DNA from: Phoronis australis
Taxonomy: Eukaryota; Animalia; Phoronida
Assembly: GCA_002633005.1 (NCBI GenBank)
Contig: NMRA01000024.1
Span: 1,349,776-1,413,775, forward strand
DNA: 64,000 nt
Direction: 5' to 3'
Shown here: positions 25,701-40,700 of the stretch, one piece after another
Layout of the letters: each line of letters begins with the position of its first letter
Numbering within the stretch: the first letter of the stretch is position 1
Program-made: the position numbers and the translations under genes
Notes under the pieces: model-generated
Told to the model about the DNA's origin: nothing
Databases searched by the model: none
What the model saw: only the letters and a program-made list of their open reading frames with translations

Positions 25701-28700
25701 AAAAATTAAAAGTAGTAAGAAAAATTACTATTTTTTAAATTTGAACTTTCACCAATGAATACAATATAATTTAGGTCATGTGACCATGTCTATTTGGTAA
25801 AATTCAGCAAAAAAGAAAGGTCCGTTGACATAAAAAAACAGTAGGCCTATCCATAACATGATCAAATTTTATTTGATATAAATGTTCAATGTGAGATCTC
25901 AAAAACATTGTAACTTGCAGTTTTCTAAACTATCATTTTGTTTCTTGTTTATGCAATTTTAACTTTTTTTATGATAGTCACAAAAGTGCTATAGCTCCTA
26001 ATTAAAAGTAGTAAGAAAAATGACTATTTTTTAAATTTGAACTTTCACCAATGAATACAATATAATTTAGGTCATGTGACCATGTCTATTTGGTAAAATT
26101 CAGCAAAAAAGAAAGGTCCGTTGACATCAAAAAACAGTAGGCCTATCCATAACATGATCAAATTTTATTTGATATAAATGTTCAATGTGAGATCTCAAAA
26201 ACACTGTAACTTGCAGTTTTCTAAACTATCATTTTGTTTCTTGTTTATGATATTTTAACTTTTTTTATGATAGTCATAAAAGTGCTATAGCTCCTAATGC
26301 AATAGTGGAACATTTTAAACATTATTCCGAATAGCATGTTGGAGAACAATACGTAAAGCATAGTATCTTAAAGTTTCAAATAAATCCAATCAGCCATTTT
26401 TGAGACACGAAGTTCCAACATTTGCCAACTTAAAGTTATTCTCACGTGAATCAGTGTATGTATTTTCTGTGCGAATATCTTGAGTCAGAGTATCCCAGTT
26501 CCCACATTTAAAGTGAGATTCCATGATGCATAAATACCAGGCTCACAACTAACGTGACTATTGTGTTAGGACATGAAACTATTGCAATGGCAGGTCTTAG
26601 ATTTGTTTTCATTGCAACTGTTACAATTAATTCAGTCCTTGAAATGAGGCAAGGTAACTTTTAAATTAATTTCTAGTACTTAAAAAGATATGCTATATGG
26701 TATTTTGTTTCATTAATTAATCACCCTAAAACCTGGGTTTTGTTTTAGTTTTGAGTTGCAGATTTTGGCTTCCAAAATCCCGCACAATCTTGCTTTAACA
26801 AATCTTAATAAGCCTTCCATGCAGCAAAGAATACTTATTGTAAATGGCCGCATGTCATGTAATTACATACAGCAGGTGAAAACTGCAACAAAAATATTAA
26901 GACTCACTTGACAACTTGTTCACAAGCTTTGTGGAAGAGATTCAAAGAATGTATTGTCTGTGCCACTTCAATGCGAACTTCCTGAAAATAATAAGAAGAC
27001 AATAGTGCAAATAGTTAATATTGACAGTAATTCTAGTGCCCTAACAGTTAATTGCAAAGTCTAGTACTCTAATCACTAGAGCAAACACAGTTATCTTGTT
27101 CTATTGATCTTGTAAAGATGTGAGAACAGTCTACTTCCTTACTAAACAATTAAAGTGTTCATGGAAAACAATAGCTTCATGATGAGATTTTCTTCAGATA
27201 CAGTCTGTTAACCAAGAGCCTTCTGAAAGTCCAGACTGCCTATTGAAACTGCCAATCGCATCATATGTGGAGATTCCTGAATTAATGAAGTGGAACGTGA
27301 TCAGCAGTCAACAAGTTCAGTGAATAATTCACCAATATTTAAAAATTGAGTGTTACTCTTTCTTGCTGCAAAACAACGTGATAGTTATTGAAATTTTAGG
27401 TTTAAAGATTTAGTAAATGAAGCCTGAGTTGTGAAGTGATTCCAATAGGAATGTGTTCGAAAGGTGTAGCAGAAGAATTTTACCAACAGAAGCATTTTCC
27501 TGTAAAGTCGCGTGATTTTCGGATGGCCCGCCATTTTCGACCAAGAATAGATATTTCCGAAATGAGTTTTTCATAGTCCACGAAATTCGTACAAGGTCAA
27601 AAAATGTTTTTCAACGATCCTCAAATTTCGGACAATGTCATAAACGTCGGATTTTTGTCCCGCGACTTTCGGACAAGGAAAATTTTTAGAAACGGTAATT
27701 TGGGATCGACGCAACTCCCCTGTCACTAAGGCGTTCAACAGATGATTACTACTATATACGGCTTCAGTCCGAGAATCGGTATAACGGGTTTGTAATTTTT
27801 ACCTTGTCCTGACGATGTAGTCACGACCGTTACTCGATTGCCTTGCGTTTAGCTTGTGTTTGGCGCTTTAGCTATGAAAAGAATCACCGAGTTCCGCATG
27901 ACGAAAAATTTCTGATGAAAATACAAATAGGAAATACACCGAAGGCTGCAACTTTTCGTTGTAGCGTAACATGTGCTCTGGTTTAATTAGGCCGTGCTGT
28001 TCGACTTCCGACTGTGACATTGAACTTGCACGCCTGACATCAACTTGCGTGTTTACGAAACGTTTTTATTTTTAAAACGTCCTGGCCTTCAGTAGCTGTC
28101 TTGGGAAATGCAAGAATCTAGCCAAAATCACGCTTTCAATTAAAAAACACAAAACATCACTTCTTTTCATGAATTCTTGCTTTTTATCGAAGTTCTAGCG
28201 TTACGAGCTTTACCCCAGTTGTAAACCTAAAAAAGATTTAACCCAATTTTGCTTGCTCATCCACTGGTCTGTGTACTTGTGGTCTTGTTAATTCACACCC
28301 TGTACCGTCTGAGGTACAACACCTGGAACTCCATGGTGTCCCGAGATTAAGTTGAATCCCGACAAGGACACCGGGACCCTGTGGTACTCTCTGTCTGCGG
28401 CGACTAAGAAAATCCTCCACCAATCATTTCTAAAAATGACAAGTCAGTTGAATCAGATTTGGTAGTCGTTGCTTCGTGTGGTCCTAGGGGTAGGCTAACA
28501 AGAATACAGGACCTGGAGTCCGATGCAACGGGCTTGGAACCTGATAGGTGTTTCCGACCCGGAGTTCCATATCTACTTTCCACAGGACCTTGTCTTCTTG
28601 TCCATGTTACCGCCTTTAGTTGATAGTTTTGAGACAAAAAAGAAACGTGATCTTAAACTACAGACCATGTTTTTTGTATTACTTAATGTAGTTTTAGAGG

Positions 28701-31700
28701 CATTTCAGCTGTAAGTGTGTTTAATTGTGTTGACTGTTACATTGCTAATTATTATTGTTCTATTTTTACCCGAGGTGATGCCTTACTTGCAGCAAGGGTA
28801 AATAATTTTGAGAAGTATTACCAGCGATTTCCGTATATAAGTTGGGGAAACCAAACGTCTTATGTAAAAATACACCAGGGCCTATACTCAGCAATGCCGA
28901 ATACACGAACACAGTATAAATACTGTAGCTCACCCTAATTATATCCTAGTGGGAATAGCATTATTTTTAGATTTCAAGCATGCATTTTTATTCTCAGATA
29001 TGCATCCCAGGTATATTTTAGGGAAAAATTTAAGATACGCAAATTGGCCATATATTCTCCTGGACTTATATACGGAAATCTACGGTGGATCTTCTTAAAC
29101 CTGTCAACCATGAAAATTTCATTGAGACAGTTTTGTTCTACTAACATGTTCAACTAACATTCCGTTCATGCAAGTCGGTCAGTACGTTCGCATTTAAGGC
29201 GTTATTGCAACAGGTAAGTGTTGTTTTGATTTTTGTTTGGTGTTTCCATATTTTATTTTGTTATGTATTCCTGTCTTCAGATAGTCACTGTTATTCTTCA
29301 ACAACATTTCTGTACTTATAATGAGACTTCAGTAAACTCGCGACTGTTCATACTTTAAATGTTAGCAGAAGTGTGTAATGTCCATCAGCAGAGACCTGTG
29401 GGAAGAACTATTTTCCGTAACTGTAGCAAATATATGACGAAATGAAATGAAAACGGTCGACATAGATGAATTGTAATTGGTTAAATATACATTAAGAAAG
29501 AAAATTAAGTATATAAATAGTAGAATGGTACTTGAATTGCCTGGTTTACGTCCTTCATGAGTTCACCTGTCCCAAATTGAGTGCTTTCGTTTTTCTTTTC
29601 AGGTCGTCACTAGTCGATTCTTCTAACAGTCGTGATCTGCCCAGTATCCTATTGTATCAACGTGCGCAACAACGGTCTTGGCAGGGGGTTGCACCTAGTA
29701 GACTCCCTTAGAATTAGTGGCGCAAAATCGACATTGGTGTGCAACAGGAGGCCGAGGGGGGGGGGGGCGGCATAAATTAGTAGTGACTGACGGAGACTGA
29801 GCTGCGCGAAATTGGTGACGACCGTGGACGGCGCTAAACTGGTGACGACCAGAAGAAACGGCCCTGTTATCTTCCACGCAGATTACCAGAAAATGTTAAC
29901 GATTATCAGTTTCATTTCATCCACAAAAAGATTTCACAAGTCAGAGTTTTCACTGTGGTTAAAAACGTAAGCGAACCCAGATGTGTTAGGTCACCTCAGT
30001 TGCATGAAGACGCGCCAGTGTATCACTGAGTTAACATCGGGCGTTTCAAAGGCTGTGGATGAGAAAGGTTTTAATTGTAAAAAAAAAAAGGTTGGGTGAA
30101 TTTGATGTTGGTAGCATTTGAAATTGCATTTGCTTTCTAGACAACGCCCTTATATATACAATATGTTAGTTAATCGTGTCTTCAGCCGCGCAGCACTGTA
30201 CTAGTCGACGCATTCCCATCGTTTGCCGCAGTAGGCCTAAACATGTAGAACGACAGCGCTTCTTCAACAATTCAGACGACTACCAGGACGACAAATGGGG
30301 ATCACAAGTCGATGAGAAACTACTCGTTTTATTATCATGATTGTCTTTGTTATCTATTTTGGGTAATTGTTCAATCGAAGTTTTCATGTTGAAACTGAGC
30401 TTTCAGTTAATATGGAAATAAATGTGTCAGAGTTAACTTGCGTTTCGGTTTGTAACCAGCAGACAATGCATGGATACGTTTAACAAACATAAATATATGC
30501 TATGTTCTTGTCATTGTTCGTCACTTTCTTCATTGAACTCGTTCCCACATCCATTACTGTTACGTTTAATGCAAAATTCGTTAAAATTGAGAAAGCGCAT
30601 GTTTTGATGGTCGGGAACCCTCTTTGTGCGCCGAATACGCAATTCCAGCATTTTATTGGGAAACCATGCGTTCACAGCGCAAACTCGACATTTTTGTTAT
30701 TGAGAAAACGCATTTTTACAAAAGAGAATCGGTTGTCTGTAACGTTTCATGTGCGTCAACAACGCAAACCAGACCCACTCATTGAAAAGCCCATATTTGT
30801 CACCAGGAAGACTCTTCACAACGCAGCCCGATATTTCAAGTGAGATATCGCAGTTTTGAAAAGATTCCGTCACTTACCGAGAACGGTTTTTGAGCATCGG
30901 CAATGCAAGCCGAATATTTCATATTGAGAAAGCACATCTTTGAAAAGAAGAACCAACACTAGTTGGGAACGGTCTTTGTGCATCGACGGCGCACATTTCT
31001 TATTGGGAAAGGCAGATTTTCAAAAATTAATTGCTCAGACCATTTGAGTCTCATTTACCTGCAATTGTACTGCTATCAAATGACTGAGCCAGCAATGTTG
31101 ATACTACAACCGCTCATTGAAATAATGTACACCCACGAAATTCGGACACTAGCGGAAACCCAAATTTGGAGGTCCGCCAAATTCGGACACCACAAAATGA
31201 TATTTCGCGAGATTCGTCCAAGAATGAATTTTTTCTATTGGAATTAATTTTCAGTGTCCGAAAATCACGCGACTTTACCGTAGTACACATAAATGATGAG
31301 GATGTTTGTGTAGAACTAATAACTACTTACATGCATACAGGTTGCATCAAAATACTGTACTTCCTAATTGCCGCGTGCCAATAACTAATCACAGGTTGCA
31401 TCAAAAGTACTCATTTTCAGTCATATGGAGCCAGCAATCAATTACATGCAAACATTTTTTCTTCAAAAATAGCTGTACTTTCCATTCATAAAGTGCCAGC
31501 AATTAATTACAAGTTGCATCAAAAGTACTCATTTTTCAATCATGTATTTCCACCAACCAATTGCATTCAAAACTCCTTTCCAGTTGTGCAGGAAAGAGTC
31601 ATAAGAACTTTACTTAGTCTGGCAATTACTTTGGTCATGACACTTCCTCAGTCCCCAAAGGCACTTGCACGGGAGCAAGTTGATCTGGCACAACTAAAGA

Positions 31701-34700
31701 AGTTCGTGTCAAAGCCCATCTAAACACAGCCTGCACTTACCTTATTAGGGTCATCCCAAAGTCTCTTCACCAGCAAGTCAAATACTTTCTCGGCATTTTT
31801 CTCTGTGCACACAAACCTTGGACCTGGAGAACAATTCATTAGGCATAGAAATACAATGAAATGGAAACCTATCTCAATAAACGCACTAATTGCTGCGCTT
31901 TCTTTGATTCTTACACATTCTTACAATTCCATGGCCACTTCCAGCCTCATCCCCAAGCCTCAAGCTGGCGCTAATCGGCCATTTGAGGCTTGATTATGGA
32001 AAATGAAATGTGTCAGAATTCTGACACAATTTTTACGGAAATCGCCGGAATATCGTGAGTAATATAAAGTTATATCACCTTTGGCGTTTTCTGCAATATA
32101 ATATAAAAATGAAGACTAATGGTATATTGCAGCAAATGAGGTTTAAATTCTTGCAAAAAAGTTGTATGTCGATTCGAAAACAGATTAATTTCTATGGTCA
32201 TACTATTAATAAAAAGAATTGAGAATAAGTACGCCAACAACCTTTAATGCATAAAAATGATGCCTTCTGCTTCACGAACGGCAGCAACAATGCCAGTAAA
32301 AATAATTTTTAAAAATCTGCCTTCATTTTAATGACATCAAGGCAGTGGCCAATCATTGCACAGAAGGTATTTCTCATAACCAAGCCTCAAATGGCTAAAT
32401 AGATCAGTCCCATCTTGAGGCTTGGCGACGAAGCTGGAACACTTCATGCTGAAAGGTAGGATGCCTCCCTTATCATTCTGGGCTCCCCTATTCAGAGACA
32501 ATAGGAGGTAATATAAAACCATTCCTAAAACTTTGTTCAGTTACACAGTCCAACTGAGAGAGTTGTATGACTAACAGCAGGGTTCGTAAAGAAAGCCTTT
32601 TGAAAATGTCAATGCACGTCAATTTCAAAAGGCCTGCTGTGTGTGAAAGACACCCATGAATTACAACCATCGGCAAATTTTTAAGCCACCATGCCGACTA
32701 GTTACCCCATCCAAGCCCAAAATGGTTCAACCAACTCAAGTTACAAATGAGTTCTGCCAAACTATTGGTTGGTGACACTCTGATTCTGTCATTTTTTTTT
32801 TAAATTGTTTGTTAAATTGTCAATTCATAAAAATTCAAAATTCATTTTTGAAGCATCAAAGTTGGTCCAGAAAAAATAAGTTAAAATTAATGTTTACATT
32901 ACTTTTTGTTAATACATTGAGGACCCATATTCACTGGCAATTAGACAACACATGCTCCTTGCACCCACACATTCCCTGGCTATTAGTCAACACATGGCTT
33001 TTGCAATCATATTTACAAGCTATGAGACAACACATAACCACTGCCATTATCTTTGTCCAGCTGTTTATTTTACTAAAAAGCCTGCCAATGACACAAGGTT
33101 GAGACATTTTGAAAGCCTAGATTTCTGCTAATAAATGTACAGTCTCAGTGGCTTAAATTTTGCATAAGCCAAATTAGCCATGATTACCGACACATCCCCA
33201 AGTATAAACAACTCCACAGTTTAAAATTAGTTTTATTTTTAGGCCCTCAATTGCAGTCATTAGGAACAGGGTCCAGATTTACAGCTCCTTATACATGATT
33301 AGAGACATGAACATGGACTGAATGCTTCAGCTAAAAGCTCATATGGCATTATGAGGAATGCTGATCTAAGCCACTGATAAGCAGAGCAATTACTTCAACA
33401 CCAATTCTTTGAAGCAAAGTATTAATGCATGGGAGATGATGCGCAAGATAGTAGAGAACGCCCACCCATTAACAATAGACCTGGGTTCTGTTTCATGAAA
33501 TGTGAGAGGATGAGTGAGATGGAAATTTGGTCTGATGCCCCGAACTGCTAATTCTGAAAAATAATTAAATCTCATTTGAGCAGAAGTATAAAGTCTCTGT
33601 GTAGCGATTGTTAACTTACACCGGCAGATACTGCTACCCTTTGTCATAACATGTGATCATTGTATATCATGANGCATAAGCCAAATTAGCCATGATTACC
33701 GACACATCCCCAAGTATAAACAACTCCACAGTTTAGTTTTATTTTTAGGCCCTCAATTGCAGTCATTAGGAACAGGGTCCAGATTTACAGCTCCTTATAC
33801 ATGATTAGAGACATGAACATGGGCTGAATGCTTCAGCTAAAAGCTCATATGGCATTATGAGGAATGCTGATCTAAGCCACTGATAAGCAGAGCAATTACT
33901 TCAACACCAATTCTTTGAAGCAAAGTATTAATGCATGGGAGATGATGCGCAAGATAGCAGAGAACGCCCACCCATTAGCAATAGACCTGGGTTCTGTTTC
34001 ATGAAATGTGAGAGGATGAGTGAGATGGAAATTTGGTCTGATGCCCCGAACTGCTAATTCTGAAAAATAATTAAATCTCATTTGAGCAGAAGTATAAAGT
34101 CTCTGTGTAGCGATTGTTAACTTACACCGGCAGATACTGCTACCCTTTGTCATAACATGTGATCATTGTATATCATGAGGCATCTTGGGTAATAAAAGAT
34201 CAGTTCTCTTTCCGCCATTGTTCTTTACTTTTTCATGCAAAACTGCACACATTAATCGCGGGCCATTGTCAAAGTACACAACACTCTATATAGACATTGT
34301 CAAATAACTGCTGGTTACTGACAAGACTGTGATGCGCTCATAACTGATTGGCTAATCCTTTATTCAGCAATTGTTAAATAGGAGCGAAAAACAAATTTAT
34401 GAAGTCATATAATTTTTTTAAAACTTAAAAATCACTGTCATGAAACATACCCTAAATCGATATCCTTACTTGAAAATCTGCTCACTCTGTTTGGAGTTGA
34501 AATTAAACAGGAGATATTTCTGATGAGACAAAATTCAATGACATCGGATTACTAGAAACTACTAACTGAAATATTCCATGATGGCACTTGTGTGTAACAG
34601 CAGAGGTTGACGGACATGTACTCCATCACTAGAATTGTACAAGTCCCACTGTTGTCAAGTGGTCTGTTAATGATCTGAGGCCCTATTTCGTGAAGTATAG

Positions 34701-37700
34701 CAATTACTACATATTAAGTGATGATTTCACTACTGTGATAAAACACTCAGTCTGGTTAAAGTATTTGATATACCGTGGAAAACTGGTGGCTTTTGAACTC
34801 ATTCTGTTAGGCTTCTGAAATTGAATTCCTTGTAAAAAGCTACTCAAGGAACATTTTGACGAGAAGAAATATGATAAATATTTGACAAAACAGATACACC
34901 TAGGACTTGTTTCGCTCGTACCCGTTGATGGAGGTTGTAGTAACTCTTTGAGCCATGGTAGATACAGCTTGCAAGTCATAATGCCTGAGAAATGAGCACC
35001 TGAATGCTTAATAATGGACAAGTTGATATCTGATTTAAGGCTCAATTTAGAAACTGGTTTCGCCTAAATTTGAAACCGAATGAGATGTTTTAGTACTGAA
35101 ATAGTGGGAATTTCTGATTGTAAACCTTCAATGTATGTTCCAATACCACAAAAGTAAGTCTGGGTATACTTTCTGACATAAGAAGCCCCATAAATGGAAA
35201 ACTGCTCACAAAGAGGTCATATCGTGCATGTTCGTGCATGACACAATGATTGAAACAATCAATTGGCCTGATGACTCAGTCACCGAAACCTGAATAAAGC
35301 CTGTTGTTTTTTGACGAGTGACACACCCTTCAGCAAATAGATGTGATGACCCACCGAGCCAATTTTACTAGAATATGAGACCACATCTACATAGGGCCTC
35401 TATTGTAAAAGTTTACAAACCCGGCCGCAAATCTACTGGAAAGTGTTTATTTTGAACGATGCTCCCTTGTACTATTCATATGTGGAAGGATATCTAAAAA
35501 AACCTTAGCTACTTAGAATTGTAATAAAATAATGAACTAGCAAAAGCGGGCGCATATGCCTATGTTAAAAGAAATTATCAAATGCAGATGCACGAACATA
35601 CAGGGCAGATACTTGAGACTCACCTATATGAGACAACAGCTTTGAGGCAGCTATTCTGTACTTCCACACCGGAGACTTCGCCAGCTGATCCATAACTGCC
35701 GCTATCACCATCTCATCACGGTGATTAAGTTGACGGACGAGAACCTCCAGTGCCTGAAATATGTGGTTTAAATAACATGACACTGTATTATCAATAAATA
35801 ACAGTAACAAAATTAAGAATCCTTTGTGTAAACCCTTGCACACTGATTGGATCCCGGAAAACAAGTGGGGAGTTTGACGATAGCACTTGTACAGGACTTG
35901 CAGGTATTTTTCTCCAACCTAAAATCCAAATTAACCACATAAAAAGTGCATGTAGGCCACTCATCCCGTCAGAAATGGCCTCAAACTTGTCCTTACCATA
36001 ATAGGACTTCATTTCTGTTGCCACAAATATCAACACAGCACTTCTGAATTTACAATATTCACAAAATCAAAGGATTGCCCAGCCATTCTGAATTTAGGAA
36101 ATCAAATTCAGTCACAGGTCATCAATCAATTCCAACAGAATGTGGAAAAACTGGCTTAGCAGACCTCCACAAATCGCTTCCACATTGTATCCAGATTCTC
36201 ATTCACTCCCTTGCCTACATTCACTATTAAGAAGTGGCTCCCATTTTGACAGACGAAATTGGAGTTTATTTTGCATTCTTTTGAGCCCACAACAAAACAG
36301 TACTTTAACAGACACGCATTCTTTTATTTTATTATCATATTGTTTTCACTGCCCAATTCTTTGAGTGCTGCCACTGGCAATTAAAATCTCTTAATCTTTA
36401 TGCATAGATGAAAATTTGGGAAAAGGATTTAATAATTTGACTTATAGGTTCTGTTGATTTCTGGCAAACTGTCATTGGCTAGTTGAGACTACACTCTGAT
36501 CATTTCATCAATTTACTACCCTCCAAGCAAAGGGTAGATGTAAAGATGTCAATTAAACCTGGGTCAATGTCCTAGGCAGTAGATAATGTCTTGTCAACTT
36601 GATGACACATAAACAAAATTTAGCTAGTATCAGAATCTGTAAATTGGAAGCACTTAGTTTGAAAACAAACTAATTAATATAATAAATTAAGCTGACAGTG
36701 CACAGTTCACAGATTTTTGAAACCAGAATTTCACAGTTTTGTCTTGATTTCTATGTTTTCTCTCACAAGCAATTGTTATCAAAAAAATTGCTAACAATCA
36801 GTACACTTCTGTTAGACTGATTCCATCTTTGACTCAACTCAATTCCTATGACTACTCAAATGCACTGCTGACTCATTACCATTTGTCAACAAGTCACGTG
36901 CATTTAAGGCTTTGTTTGACTATTTCCATTAACATTCAGGTTTACATAAAACAAGCAACACTTGCTGATCCAAAATATTTACTAGCTTCTAGACAACTTA
37001 TCAATACTCTGTGCCAAAAATATTACATGGCATCCCAATGACAGTGTGTTTACCAATTTAAGACTGGTGTTTCCATGACCACAACAAATTCTAAGAATTT
37101 TCCAGTCTACAAGCATGTCACAAATTAAAGATCTCGTTAATATCACAAACAATGTTTGACATGACGGAAGATTGTAACAAAATAAGCACTGCATTTTAAA
37201 ATTGAGATTTCTGTTCAGGCCAAATTAATGTGTATACCTGATGCATCACGTGAGTGTCTGTGGTCTCAGCTAGAACTCGTCTCATCTTGTCTTTAGCACT
37301 CTCGTCAGCAACACACAATTTGCCGAGACAGATGGCCGCATCAAATGCCACTGCGTCAGCTGGGTCGGGGTTGCGGCAGAAGTGACTTAGAATTGTCACA
37401 AGCTCAGGGAATGATTTAGAGGACTGGAAACAGTATTGTCAGTGTGGATTAGTATCAGTAACATGATCTAATTTTATTTGATATTTAAATGTTCAAGATG
37501 AATTGTCAAAAATACTGTTACAATATTTTAATTTATAATTTCGTTTTTATTTTATTAAACTATTGATTATGTTCATAAAAATGATTAAACTCCTACGTTT
37601 TGTTAGCTCCTCATACAAAAGTCGGGTGGGCGGATGCATCCTTCTGCTGCATCTGTGGCAGATTGTCACCCACCTTTACAGTTCAACATGTTATATAACT

Positions 37701-40700
37701 TTTGTAATTACTGATATCTGTAGTAGTTTAGTTTGTCATAGTATATATGACCTTTTATCTCAACTACACGTGTTGTCTCACTGTAAACTAGCTTCGGTAT
37801 CGCTTTGCAGTTAGCGCATATAAAAACAATTACTAAAAACACTTTGGAGTACAGTGCATATTAGTAGCATCTGAAAATTTCCTAATGAATCCTATCAGCC
37901 ATTTGTGAAATATGATGAGCCAAGGTTGGTCATAATTTGGACATTGTTAGAGGATCCTACATAAACTTACAAAGAATATTCACCACATCAAGAATTGTAT
38001 GACACCTGGCTTACCTCAAAATCTAGGCTGCTGACTGCTGGTTTGGAAATTGGCCCAATTATATTGCGCGCACAGAATTAATGAGAAACGTCATAATGGC
38101 AAAATTATAAAAGAGTTTTAGGTTGTAAAAGTCACATTTCTTGTCCGATTTACAAAATTCAAAAACCAAATGTATACCTATCACGAACTATTCACTAAAT
38201 ATGGTACTTAAAAACTTTCAAATCGAGCATTTAAAAAATGTCACTCAAATGTGTTTATGATTATCTAGAGAATGATAACATCAGCAGCCTGAGGTGATGT
38301 AATTGTAACTACAACAGCATGGTGTCTTTGATTAATACGGCCGATGTCACAGTTTGCATACCAGTTGAGATGCCTAAACATGACCGTTGGGTGAGAGTGT
38401 CAACGTAGGATTTTTCTCATGACCTTCATTTCTGCGTAACCCAAATCTGCTCTGTTCAATCCTCACAAACACCCATTACACTCGCACTAGGTCGACAATT
38501 ACTCAATGTATCAAAATTCCGCGTTTCATCAATGCACTGGAAATGTAGTTTCAGGAACAACGCAGATGTATTAAGCATTGTAAACTGTTCAAATCTGTCA
38601 TAATAGCCTGTTAGTTACAGCCTCTGAACTCACTAATGTAGCTTTTCTGTTAACACCGCAACAAGGAGCTCTTGTCTATCGCAACTCCACCAAAACTCCG
38701 CTTACTTTCCCATTGACTGCATGGTGGCATCAAAGTTAGTTTTCTTATTTAAACAATAGGTGGTGCATTGGAATTGTACTCTCGAACTAAATGGATTTGA
38801 AACATTTTCTGTCATTTACAGTTAATTATGCCAGTCTGATTAGTGTTATTTTCTGTCAGATTTCTATTATCAATTGATTCCTTCACATGTGACTATTAGT
38901 GACGAAAGGTGGGGAATGAAAAATGTATTTAGTATCACATGATTCATGTCACGATTTCTAGTGATTACTCTAGCCAAAGTGGAGTAAATGTTTCCCACTA
39001 AAGCAGAGGTGCCCAACAATTCCCACTTAATTCCACCTATTTTGAGAGGAGATGCGATGATTAATAATTTTACAAAGAGCAGAACTCCACTAAAACAGGA
39101 GTTTGGGTGTTGGTGGGAAAGTGGCAGATCAACTTCACCACAGACATATCAGTTTGTATTGTGAAACATGATTATGGAAAAAGTATATCAAGTAGACACG
39201 AACAAAGAACAAGTCATTGGCGAGCTTCTTTTTTGATTTTGGAACTCAGCAGCCACAAGGATAATTACTATCATTTCTCTCTTACATACAGGTAATTATG
39301 ATACTTAGCGTTTACTTAATCAGTGACATTCAATAATTAGGACAATCATCACCATGCAAATTCTCTTGATATAAAACATTGGACATTATATGGTAATAAG
39401 AGGCTCAAAGTTACTTAATACTGAATATGTAAGTGAGACTGTCAAGCTCAGTGCATTAACTGAAACCCTGGAATTTGCATCATACCTTGTTAACAAACTG
39501 CACATTCCTAGCCTGGCACAAGCCCTTGATGAGATCGACTCTGATCTCCGAGTTGCCTAAAGTGAGGTAGTCCACAATACTTGCAAGCACTTCCTCATCC
39601 CAGCAACCTGAGAAAGACCAAGTTACATAACATCATAGGTAATCATTTACACAACCAGGCCACACACAGCTTTCGATCCCATTCTATCAGTTCAGCTATT
39701 CATTTATAAGGACTGGGCTGAGTTCCGTAAACGCAAGAATATCACAACTTAATAAATGTATATGATCATGTTTTTTCACAACATTCTCGTATTTACGGAA
39801 TGCTACCCAGGTGAGACTAGTCTCCATAGCAATGTCGCTATTCACTGAGCTCCAAAACACCAGAAGCGTATTCAATAAGGCGAGTGATGACAACCTCCCT
39901 GAGCGCTCACTTCTTGACCAACTCTTAGCAAGTGGACACTCGCTAATGTAAACGCTCGATAGGTAGTTCGCTTAAAAATCCAAGATGGAGTGAGAAAGAA
40001 AAGCAGAGTTTCAAGGCGATTACCTTCAGAAATGATTGTGATTCTAAATGGTATACATTAACATCATCATATGAAGTAATTTTCATAAGTTTGGTACAGA
40101 AAGAAATAATTTTATCTAATGAAATGAAGCTTTATTTATATTGACTATAGGGACCTTTCTTTGTTTTCTGAAGTGAGCACACCCTGTCGCTCCATAGCGA
40201 GCTCTCATTTTTAGACGGGCGCTTGCTCTCACTTAAGGTGGGCACGCACTCTACTGAACAAGTCTCTGTTCTCATCAAACTTCACAACTTGTGAGTTAAA
40301 CCCTTCAGTGCCATAAAATTGGTCTCAACTATTTCCTTACTGGGAATTAGAAGGGATCCTTGTGAATCAGAAAAACTGCCAACAGAGCACTAGTACCGAC
40401 TGAACTAGACATTAAGCAAGCATAGATCACCATGTGCCAAGCGTGCAGACGTGGCTATGAGCCATACAGTTAGGAAAGTCGCTTTCTAACGTGCGCACGA
40501 GAAGAACTAATTAGAGTTACATGCATTGGTGTTTAAAAACATTACGACAATCATCTGATCTAAAAGTATTGTCGAATGAGCCAGCAATGACTGGCACAGG
40601 ACATGCATACATGTGCCATTTTTATGAAGCGCCAAAGGGTTCTTAAAAGAATGAGAGTGACAGAAATCTAAAGTAACGTACTGATTAATCATAGCAAGAA

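Noticed and set aside
33390-34153. Twin 85-aa ORFs as duplicated genes
   Set aside because: They arise from the N-split intronic duplication and have no protein motifs
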